Position numbers and translations under genes: made by a program. Of a DNA stretch of 64,000 nt, positions 18,962 through 26,566 are shown piece after piece. The stretch covers positions 14,324 through 78,323 of the forward strand of contig DATLGO010000101.1 of the NCBI GenBank assembly GCA_035540375.1, written 5' to 3'. The notes below the pieces were generated by a model. It had not been told where the DNA came from. It saw only the letters and a list, made by a program, of their open reading frames with translations, and searched no databases. This stretch comes from Thermoplasmatota archaeon (lineage in GTDB: Archaea; Thermoplasmatota; SW-10-69-26; JACQPN01; JAJPHT01). Numbering within the stretch: position 1 is the stretch's first letter; every line of letters starts with the position of its first letter.

Positions 18962-19579
18962 ATGCGCCTCCTTTCGACGTGGACGCTCGCGGTCGTCGCG
19001 TTCGGCGCCTTCGCCGTGCCGCTCGCCCTCGCGCCCGACTTCGCGCTCGAGGAGGACGCCGTCGTCGCGCAGCAGGCGGGCGCGGGCGGCGGTTCGGGCG
19101 GGTCGACCTCGACCGGCGGCACCACGTCGACGGGCGGCTCGTCCGGCGGGTCCACGTCGACGTCCGCGGGCGGGTCCTCGGGCGGTTCGACCTCGACCTC
19201 GGCCGGCGGCGCCTCGGGCGGCTCGAAGGGCGCGGGCGCATCCGGCGGCGGAGCCTCGGGCGGCGCCTCGACCGGAGGCCGCTCGGGCGGCGGCGCCTCG
19301 GGCGGCATGGCCTGGTCCGGCGACTGGGGCTTCGACATGGCCTTCGCGGGCCTCTTCTGGGGCTTCGCCGTCTTCCTCGCCGCGCTCTTTGCGATGATGA
19401 TCGCCCTCGGCGCGCAGTGGGCCGCCTTCTGGGCCGCGCTCGCCGCGGGCCTCGTCTACTCCCTCTGGGTCGTCGCGCTCTACGTGCTCCTGTCGATGAT
19501 CCTCATGACGCTCTTCGGCGTGGCCGGAGGCGTGATGCTCGGCCTCGGGCTTCTTGCCGCATACCAGGCCTATCGGTGA
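18962..19579 (+). CDS. Gly/Ser/Thr-repeat protein with a signal peptide and C-terminal TM helices
   Basis: N-terminal signal, then ~100 aa of GGS(T)STS(A)GG repeats, then two or three TM helices rich in F/W/M. Confidence 0.4.
   Translation: MRLLSTWTLAVVAFGAFAVPLALAPDFALEEDAVVAQQAGAGGGSGGSTSTGGTTSTGGSSGGSTSTSAGGSSGGSTSTSAGGASGGSKGAGASGGGASGGASTGGRSGGGASGGMAWSGDWGFDMAFAGLFWGFAVFLAALFAMMIALGAQWAAFWAALAAGLVYSLWVVALYVLLSMILMTLFGVAGGVMLGLGLLAAYQAYR
19080..19310 (+). repeat. imperfect tandem nucleotide repeats (~33-36 bp period) encoding GGSxGGSTSTSAGG units
   Basis: Repeated tcgggcgg(t/c)tcgacctcgac(c/g)tc(g/c)gc(c/g)ggcgg blocks visible in the sequence. Confidence 0.5.
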
Positions 19580-19621
19580 CCTCCGGACAAGCGCCAAGCC
19601 CCGAACGCGCCTCAGGGGGAC

Positions 19622-21712
19622 ATGCGCCGGGCGCGCGTGGGCGACCTCTTCCTCGTCGTCCTCGTCGTCCTGGCGCCCGGGCTCAGCCTCCCTCCCGCGG
19701 GGGCCTCGCCGGGGACCCTCGCGGTGGAAGCGCCGCGCTGGGTCCCCGGCGACGGAACCCCGTTCGGCGTCTTCGTGACCGCGCCCGAAGGGGCCGAGGT
19801 CCGCGTCTGGATCGGGTCCGCCGCGTCGCCCGCCTCGCGGGTCTGGGACGGCGCCGCGTGGGTGGCGGGCGCGCGCTACGCCGCGCGCGCGACCGGCGAC
19901 GTCGATCTCGTCCCCTTGGCGCTCGATCCGAAGAAGATCCCGGCGGGCGCCTCGACGCTCCCGGGAGGCGCGCGCGTCCGCGTGGGCGACCGCATCGTGG
20001 CCGAGACCGCCTTCGGCGTCGCGCTCGCGCCCGCCGACGCCGCACGGCTCGCGCCCGTCGAAGCCCCGAACGGGGCAGCCGTCCGCGACGCCGCGGGGGC
20101 GCTCCTCGCGCTCGCGCCGCGGCCCGTCCCTGACCCGCGCGACCCGGCCCGCGTCGCGACGCCCGTCCTGCTCCTCGCGGCCGAGACCGCGACGCTTCCC
20201 GCGCGCGACCCCGCGACGGGCGCGGCGCTCGACCTCGGCCTCGCGTCGGGCGGGCTCCCGAAACCCGAGACGCGCGTCGTCGCGGGCCGCGCGACGCTCT
20301 TCGCCACGCCGCGCGAGGGGACGCCCGTGCTGCGCGCCGTCCTCGCCGAGGCGCGCGCGTCGCTCGACGTCGCCGTCTACACGCTCTCGTCGCCGACGCT
20401 CGCCGTCGACCTCGCCGACGCGGCGCGACGCGGCGTGCGGACGCGGCTCCTCGTCGAAGGCGCGCCCGCGGGCGGGTTTCCCGGCGACTCGTCGGGGCTC
20501 CTCGCGGCGCTCGCGCGAGCGGGCGTGGCCGTGCGCCTCGTCGAGGGCGCGGGCGCGATGCACGCGAAATACGTCGTCGCGGACGAACGGGCGACGCTCG
20601 TCGCGAGCGAGAACTGGGGCAGCTCGGCGTATCCGCCGTCTCCGCGATCGGAACGCGGCAACCGCGGGTGGGGCGTCGTCGTCGAGGACGCCGGCCTCGC
20701 GGCGGATCTCGCGCGCGTCTTCGCGCTCGACTTCGCGCGCGCCGCTCCGCTCGAGCCCGGGGAGCCATCGCGCCTCGCCGCGCCGCCCGAAACCCACGAA
20801 GCATGGGATGCGGCGGCAACGAGCGCGGGGCCGCGCCGAGCGCGCCTCCTCGTCGCGCCGGACGCGAGCCTCGCCCCCGACGGCCTCCTCGGCGTCCTCG
20901 CCTCGGCCGAGCGGTCGCTCGACGTCCAGCTCCTGCGCGCGGAGACGCGATGGAGCGACGGGCCGAATCCCTACGTCGAGTCGCTCGTCGCCGCGGCGCG
21001 GCGCGGGGTTTCCGTCCGGGTGATGCTCGACGCGGGATTCATGGATCCCGACAACGCGGCGACGGCGGCGCGCCTGAACGCCATCGCCGCGCGCGAGCGC
21101 CTCCCGCTCGAAGCGCGGATGGCGAATCCGGCCGGGATCGCGACGATCCACAACAAGGGCGTCGTCGCGGACGGTCGGGTCGTGGTCGTCGGAAGCCTCA
21201 ATTGGGGCCGCGCATCGGCCCTTGCGAACCGCGAGGTGAACCTGGTGCTCGAGGACGCGACGCTCGCGGCGCACGCGCTCGGCCGTTTCGAGGAGGATTG
21301 GCGGGCGACGTCTCCGGCCATCGAGGCGCCGAGGCCGATGCCCGGTGCCGGGGCGCTGCTCGTCGCGCTAGCGCTGGGTCTGGGGCTTGCCGTGCCACCA
21401 GAGCGCCATCGCCGCGACCGCGAACACGAGCGCCGAGACGAAGGCGACGGATCCCACGTTCGCGAGGATGCCGCCCGCGGCTTCGCGGATCGCGGGCTCG
21501 AACGATCGCCGGCCGATGTAGGCGATGAGGAACACCCACCACGCGCCGACGGCCGCGAGCGCCAGGCGCCACGCCCACCACCGGGGCGCGCGCTGCGGGT
21601 CGACGCTCCAGCGCTCGGTGAGAATGAGGATGGCGCCGAGACCGCCCGCGACGGCCGAGAGCGCGACCGCCGAGGCCGCCGCGGCCGCGGGATCGATGCC
21701 CGCCGAGGGTAG
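19622..21712 (+). CDS. secreted phospholipase-D-family protein with two HKD motifs
   Basis: Signal peptide; HKD motifs HAKYVVADERATLVASENW and HNKGVVADGRVVVVGSLNW. A PGF-CTERM-like segment (MPGAGALLVALALGLGLAV…RHRRDR) is followed by ~100 aa of Arg-rich low-complexity sequence before the stop. The 3' 345 bp overlap a convergent gene. Confidence 0.65.
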   Translation: MRRARVGDLFLVVLVVLAPGLSLPPAGASPGTLAVEAPRWVPGDGTPFGVFVTAPEGAEVRVWIGSAASPASRVWDGAAWVAGARYAARATGDVDLVPLALDPKKIPAGASTLPGGARVRVGDRIVAETAFGVALAPADAARLAPVEAPNGAAVRDAAGALLALAPRPVPDPRDPARVATPVLLLAAETATLPARDPATGAALDLGLASGGLPKPETRVVAGRATLFATPREGTPVLRAVLAEARASLDVAVYTLSSPTLAVDLADAARRGVRTRLLVEGAPAGGFPGDSSGLLAALARAGVAVRLVEGAGAMHAKYVVADERATLVASENWGSSAYPPSPRSERGNRGWGVVVEDAGLAADLARVFALDFARAAPLEPGEPSRLAAPPETHEAWDAAATSAGPRRARLLVAPDASLAPDGLLGVLASAERSLDVQLLRAETRWSDGPNPYVESLVAAARRGVSVRVMLDAGFMDPDNAATAARLNAIAARERLPLEARMANPAGIATIHNKGVVADGRVVVVGSLNWGRASALANREVNLVLEDATLAAHALGRFEEDWRATSPAIEAPRPMPGAGALLVALALGLGLAVPPERHRRDREHERRDEGDGSHVREDAARGFADRGLERSPADVGDEEHPPRADGRERQAPRPPPGRALRVDAPALGENEDGAETARDGRERDRRGRRGRGIDARRG

Positions 21713-21820
21713 CCACTTCTCGGCCGACGCGCGGCCGAAGGTGAACGCGGAGGCCGCAAGCGCCGCCGACGCGGCGACGAGGACCCAACCGGCGTCCCGC
21801 AGCACGCGTGCGCGCTCCAT
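21368..21820 (-). CDS. hypothetical membrane protein (150 aa)
   Basis: Starts at MERARVLRD. Four TM helices rich in W/F/I (…WWAWRLALAAVGAWWVFLIAYIGRRSF…). It overlaps the PLD 3' end. Confidence 0.5.
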   Translation of the reverse strand: MERARVLRDAGWVLVAASAALAASAFTFGRASAEKWLPSAGIDPAAAAASAVALSAVAGGLGAILILTERWSVDPQRAPRWWAWRLALAAVGAWWVFLIAYIGRRSFEPAIREAAGGILANVGSVAFVSALVFAVAAMALWWHGKPQTQR

Positions 21821-21882
21821 GGGCCTCCATGGGGCGCTGGGAAACCATAAATTCGGTGCCTGGCGGCGGTCTCCCCGCCGCG

Positions 21883-22260
21883 TCAAGCGAAGCAGACGCG
21901 GACCAGGACGGGACCGACGCCCGCGCCGTGGCCGCGCAGGATCCACGTTCCGGGCTCGCCCGTCGGCGTCTCGCGGCGCCAGGCGTCGAGGTCCGTCCCC
22001 GTGACGAAGAGGGCGCGATGGACCGCGACCTCGCGGCCGGCGCCGTCGGTGAGGGTCGCCGTGAAGCGGCCGAGCGCGGTCGCGGAAGGGTCGAGATCGA
22101 GGTGCGCGACGCGGACGACGCGCGGGGATTCGACGGTCACGGCGCGATCGGCCGAAAGGTCGAACGTCCACGTCGCGCAGACAGTCGAGGTCGCGCCCCC
22201 CGGGGGCATGAGCGGGAAAGCGAGGAGGACGGCGAGCGCGAGCGCGCGGCGCGAGGCCAT
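21883..22260 (-). CDS. small hypothetical secreted protein
   Basis: Signal peptide MASRRALALAVLLAFPLMPPGGA, then a mixed-composition domain. Confidence 0.35.
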   Translation of the reverse strand: MASRRALALAVLLAFPLMPPGGATSTVCATWTFDLSADRAVTVESPRVVRVAHLDLDPSATALGRFTATLTDGAGREVAVHRALFVTGTDLDAWRRETPTGEPGTWILRGHGAGVGPVLVRVCFA

Positions 22261-22305
22261 GCGGCCGCTACGCGCGCGCCGTCCCAAAGCCCTGACGGAC
22301 GACCG

Positions 22306-22602
22306 TCAGGCGCCGCGCAGGTGGAGCTTCCGTTTCAGGAGCTCCGCGCGCGCTTCGTGGATGGCGCCGCGCTCGAGCAGGAAGCGGATGTGCTTCTTGT
22401 CCGCGGTGATCCACCCGCCGCGCCGGCGGAAGTGCAGGTCCTGGTCGACCGCCTCGAAGAAGGGGTCGGCCGCATCCATGTCCTCGTGGGCCACCGTCGG
22501 GAACAGCTTCGCGGCATGCGCGAAGCGGCCTCGCCGCTCCGTCCGCGCGCTCTTCCAGTGGTGCCTCTTGAACGGTTCGTTGGATCGCTTCGTGTTCGCC
22601 AA
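22306..22602 (-). CDS. small basic hypothetical protein
   Basis: 98-aa ORF with varied composition (W, H, K, F, D); flanked by a lower-GC intergenic region. Confidence 0.3.
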   Translation of the reverse strand: MANTKRSNEPFKRHHWKSARTERRGRFAHAAKLFPTVAHEDMDAADPFFEAVDQDLHFRRRGGWITADKKHIRFLLERGAIHEARAELLKRKLHLRGA

Positions 22603-22747
22603 TCAAGTCACCTTGTAGAACACAACCAGCCAAGGGAGCCTTCGACTTCAGTGGTTATAGGATTTTCGCGCGGCGTTCGGGGGAACACAGGCCCCATCGG
22701 CAAAACGACGGCCTCCGACCCGAACGCGTCCGACCGGACAGAGCGGA

Positions 22748-23053
22748 CTACCCGTCCACGCGCGTCTCGTACTCGGGGTCCTTCCCTTCGCCCTCGGCCG
22801 CGGCGTGCGCGTCCTCTTCCTGGGCGGCGTCGTGGAGCTCCTTGATCGCCCGCGTCTTCCACCAGAGGAGCGTCAGACCGGAAGCGGCCATCACGCCGCC
22901 CACCGCGAACCCGCCCTGGATGGCGGCCCCCGCGGCCCCCGCGCTCGCGCCGAGCCACGTCAGGGCCCAGAGACCCGTGAAGGTCCCCGCTGCGGCGAGC
23001 ACCTTCTCTTCGCGCGGCATTGGGGCGGGAGCGGCGATCTTGAGGGCAGGCAC
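22748..23053 (-). CDS. small hypothetical membrane protein
   Basis: Two TM helices (…GTFTGLWALTWLGASAGAAGAAIQGGFAVGGVMAASGLTLLWW…) and an acidic C-terminus. Confidence 0.35.
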   Translation of the reverse strand: MPALKIAAPAPMPREEKVLAAAGTFTGLWALTWLGASAGAAGAAIQGGFAVGGVMAASGLTLLWWKTRAIKELHDAAQEEDAHAAAEGEGKDPEYETRVDG

Positions 23054-23172
23054 GGTTTCAGGCTCTGGTCATCCACCTATACATAGCCGACCGGCCGTTC
23101 CCCAGGACGGGTAAGCCTCCCTGGACATCTTGGGCGTCATGCTTATCCATCCGTCCCGCCAACGCGATCCGG

Positions 23173-24831
23173 ATGCAGCTACCGGCGGATGCGCCCCGCG
23201 TCGAGGACGACGGAGAAGCCGCCGCTCTCTTCCGGGGGCTGCTTGCGAGCGCGAACACGCTTCTTGTCGTCGCGGATGAGACGGGGCTCGTCTGCCACCT
23301 CGGGAACCGGTGCTCGGAGCTCATCGGTCGCCCTCCGGAGGCGGTCGTGAACCGTCTCACCATCCTGGATTGCGTTGCGAAGGAGGATGCGCACGTTGCG
23401 GCCGCGATGCTTGAAAGGGCCCTCGGCGACGGCTACGCCGAGGGCACGTTCGGCGTCATCGCGGCGGACGGGCGACGACGCCGCATGGAGGCCACGGCCA
23501 ATGGCATCGAGACCCCCGACGGCGCCCGCGTGCTCTTCGTCGCGCGCGACGTGAGCGAGATATTCGAGACCCACGAGCGTCTCGGGGCGATCGTCGACGC
23601 CCAGCATGCCGTATGGCGGACGAACACGACGGCCGACGCCCTCCGGGCGGCCCTCGCGATCTTCCGCGACCGCATCGAGCTCGCGGGCGCCATCGGGGCC
23701 TACCTGCTCAAGCCTGGAACGCGCCGCCTCGTCATGGTCGCGAGCCTCGGCCACCCGCCCGAGCTCAGCGAATACGTCGAGCACCACTCGATCTCGGTCG
23801 ACGTGGAGGACAATCACATCACCCGCGCGTTCGCGGGCGTCGGCGGGATCCAGGTTCTCCGGTTCGCCGATGCGCCCATGGACGACCGCATCCGCGCGTC
23901 GCTTCTTGCGCATGGTCTGCATTGCTCCACCGCCGTGCCGCTAGAATCGCTCTCCGGCGAGCCCTTTGGCGTCCTTGTGGTGGGCCTCACGCGCGAAGTC
24001 CCCACCAGGGAAGACGGTTCGCTCGACGATCCCGCGATCGCGCGATGGATCGAGGTCCTCGCGCAGGAGGTCGGGGCGGTCGCGGATCGCATGCTGGCCC
24101 AGGAGCGTCTCAAGGTGGCGCTCGCGAGCGAACGGCGGTTTTCCGAAGAATTCGAGGCGTTCGCCTACCGTGCGAGCCACGATCTCTCGGAACCGCTGCG
24201 GCGCATCGGAACGCTCGCGGATTTCGCCCGCCAGGATCTCGCGCAGGGGCGATCGCAGGCGGCGCGCGAGGAGCTCGCGCAGATCGCCGAGACGTCCGAG
24301 CGCGTCAAATCCATGATCTCGCGGCTCCTCGAGCTCAGCCGCGTCTCGCGGAGCTTGCCCGCCGCCCCGAGCTGGCAACTCGCGGACGTCGCCCGGCAGG
24401 TGATCGACGATCTGACGCTGCTTTGCGCCGAGCGCGACGCTCGGGCGACCCTCGAGACGCCGATGCCGCAGGTCGCTGCGAACCGCGAACGGGTGTACGT
24501 CGCTCTCCACAATATCGTCGAAAACGCCATCATCCACAACGTGGCGAATCCGCGGCCCCATGTCTGGATCCGGGCCGAAACTCGCCCCGACGGCTTCGTC
24601 GAAGTCTCTGTCCGCGACAACGGGCCCGGAATCCCCGAGGAACATCGCGAGCGCGTGTTCCACCTCTTCCATCGCGGCCACGTCACCGCCGAGCGCGGCC
24701 GGGTCGGGGCGGGCCTCACCGTCGCGATGCGCGCGATCACGCAGGAAGGCGGCAACATCTGGATCCTCTCCTCGCCCGAAGGGGGGACCGACGTGCGCTT
24801 CACGCTCCGCTCGGAGCCCGCCGGCGCGTGA
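23173..24831 (+). CDS. PAS/GAF-sensor histidine kinase
   Basis: H-box SHDLSEPL, N-box NIVENAIIHN, G-boxes DNGPGIP and GAGLGLTVA. No response-regulator gene is adjacent. Confidence 0.8.
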   Translation: MQLPADAPRVEDDGEAAALFRGLLASANTLLVVADETGLVCHLGNRCSELIGRPPEAVVNRLTILDCVAKEDAHVAAAMLERALGDGYAEGTFGVIAADGRRRRMEATANGIETPDGARVLFVARDVSEIFETHERLGAIVDAQHAVWRTNTTADALRAALAIFRDRIELAGAIGAYLLKPGTRRLVMVASLGHPPELSEYVEHHSISVDVEDNHITRAFAGVGGIQVLRFADAPMDDRIRASLLAHGLHCSTAVPLESLSGEPFGVLVVGLTREVPTREDGSLDDPAIARWIEVLAQEVGAVADRMLAQERLKVALASERRFSEEFEAFAYRASHDLSEPLRRIGTLADFARQDLAQGRSQAAREELAQIAETSERVKSMISRLLELSRVSRSLPAAPSWQLADVARQVIDDLTLLCAERDARATLETPMPQVAANRERVYVALHNIVENAIIHNVANPRPHVWIRAETRPDGFVEVSVRDNGPGIPEEHRERVFHLFHRGHVTAERGRVGAGLTVAMRAITQEGGNIWILSSPEGGTDVRFTLRSEPAGA

Positions 24832-24870
24832 TCCGCAACCGTCATCCGCCTCCGCGACGGTGCGTCCCGC

Positions 24871-25422
24871 GTGGAAGCCTCCGGACTCTACAAGCTGAAC
24901 CCGGGCGACCGCGCGCCCGACTTCTCGCTTCCGGGCGTCGACGGCCGCCGCCACGCGCTCTCGGACTACGCGTCGAAGCCGGCGCTCGTGGTGGTCTTCT
25001 CGTGCAACCATTGCCCTTACGTGCGCGCCTACGAGGAGCGGATGATCGGCTTCGCGCTCGCGTACGAGCCGCGCGGGGTCGCGATGGTCGCCATCAACTC
25101 GAACGAGACCACGAGGTATCCCGAGGACGATTTCCCCCACATGGTCTCGCGCGCCGCGGACAAGGGATACACGTTCGATTATCTGCGCGACGAGGACCAG
25201 TCGGTCGCGCACGCCTACGGCGCCGTCTGCACGCCGCAGTTCATGCTCTTCGACGCCGACCGCCGCCTCCGTTACCAGGGCCGTTTCGACGACGAGAAGG
25301 ACCACCCGGAGAAGGTCAAGGAGAAATACCTCGAAAACGCGGTCGAAGACCTTCTCGCGGGACGCCCGGTCGCGAAGCCGGTGACGCGCGCGATCGGCTG
25401 CTCCATCAAGTGGAACGCGTGA
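24871..25422 (+). CDS. thioredoxin-fold redoxin (AhpC/TSA-like thiol-disulfide oxidoreductase)
   Basis: …PALVVVFSCNHCPYV… resolving motif followed by a thioredoxin-like fold. Confidence 0.7.
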   Translation: MEASGLYKLNPGDRAPDFSLPGVDGRRHALSDYASKPALVVVFSCNHCPYVRAYEERMIGFALAYEPRGVAMVAINSNETTRYPEDDFPHMVSRAADKGYTFDYLRDEDQSVAHAYGAVCTPQFMLFDADRRLRYQGRFDDEKDHPEKVKEKYLENAVEDLLAGRPVAKPVTRAIGCSIKWNA

Positions 25423-26566
25423 GACCCTCGTCGGGCTCGCCCGATTCCTCGAGCGTCTTGCCGATGCGCAGGAACCGCGATCGCGCCGTCACGCGCTCGA
25501 GCGCGGCGAGCCGCCGCCGCACCTCGCGCGGGGCCTCGGGGTCCGCCATGAGGGCGCGCACGCGCCTCTCGTCGACGTCGAGCGCGCGGTCGAGAAGCCC
25601 CGCCTCCGCGAGGACGCGTCGGGCCTCGTCGAGATCGAAGGCCCTGCTCGTGGCCTCCACCACCGTCACGGGGCGGCCCTCCCCGGCCTCCACGCGACGG
25701 ACCCCGCGCGCGTCCATGTAGGCGAGGATCTCGTCCGCGACGCCCGCCGCCTCGGCCTCGGCCGCCCGCGCCGTCTCCTTGAGCGCGACGTAGCGCCTCG
25801 CGAGGTCGCCCACGCCGCCGCCCGCGAACGGGAGCCGCTTTTCAGCCGACGGCGCGGTTTCCGCGAAGTATGGACAACGGTTCGCGAATTCGCACGGGCA
25901 TTCGCGATTGAGCCTCGGATCGAAGCGACCGGCCTCGATGGCCTCGGCGGTCGCGACCACGCGGTCCGCGATGGAGGCGACGGCGGCCCGGTCGTGCCGG
26001 GGCGCGCTCACGGGGACGTTCGAGCGGAGGTTGTGGAGCGTCAGGCGCTCCACGCGGCCGAAGAGGTCGTCGACCGCCATCTGGTAAAGCGTGAGCTGAC
26101 CGCTCGTCGCCGCGTCGCGGCGCGTCATCGCTCGCCGGCCCGACTTGTAGTCGACGATCGCGAAGCCGCCGCCCTCGCGGTCGACGCGGTCGATGAAACC
26201 CGTGACGGGCACCCCTTCGACGTCGATCGTGAACGGAAGCTCGACCGCGACCGGAGGCGCGAACCGGGGCGTCTCCGCGCGCCAGAACCGCTCGAGGACG
26301 GCCTCTCCCGCGGCGCGCTCGCGCGCGGCGGTCGCGGCGTCGGGGAAGCCGTCGTCGGACCACGCCTTGCGGTAGGCCTCGAGGGTCGCCTCGAGGGACG
26401 CCGGCCCGGGCTCGGCCGTCGCCCACGCTTCGAGGGCCTCGTGGAGGGCGCTTCCGAACGAGAAGTAGCCCTTCGGCGCCTGGGGAAGCCGGTCCACGTA
26501 AAGGAATCGCCACCGCAGCGGGCACCCCTCGTACGTCGACATCGACGACCAGCTCAGGCGCCGCAT
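25406..26566 (-). CDS. Cas4-like/RecB-family PD-(D/E)XK nuclease with 4-Cys cluster residues
   Basis: N-terminal LSWSSMSTYEGCPLRWRF, the core GFIDRVD…FAIVDYKSG (D…D/ExK), QLTLYQ (QhxxY) and C-terminal CPCEFANRCPYF. This matches the Cas4/AddB nuclease family pattern. Confidence 0.7.
   Translation of the reverse strand: MRRLSWSSMSTYEGCPLRWRFLYVDRLPQAPKGYFSFGSALHEALEAWATAEPGPASLEATLEAYRKAWSDDGFPDAATAARERAAGEAVLERFWRAETPRFAPPVAVELPFTIDVEGVPVTGFIDRVDREGGGFAIVDYKSGRRAMTRRDAATSGQLTLYQMAVDDLFGRVERLTLHNLRSNVPVSAPRHDRAAVASIADRVVATAEAIEAGRFDPRLNRECPCEFANRCPYFAETAPSAEKRLPFAGGGVGDLARRYVALKETARAAEAEAAGVADEILAYMDARGVRRVEAGEGRPVTVVEATSRAFDLDEARRVLAEAGLLDRALDVDERRVRALMADPEAPREVRRRLAALERVTARSRFLRIGKTLEESGEPDEGLTRST

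Noticed and set aside
18358-21274. Long minus-strand ORFs 18358..19338 and 18623..21274 (883 aa)
   Set aside because: They are antisense to the Gly-repeat gene and the PLD gene. The sequences are Arg/Pro/Glu-rich junk.
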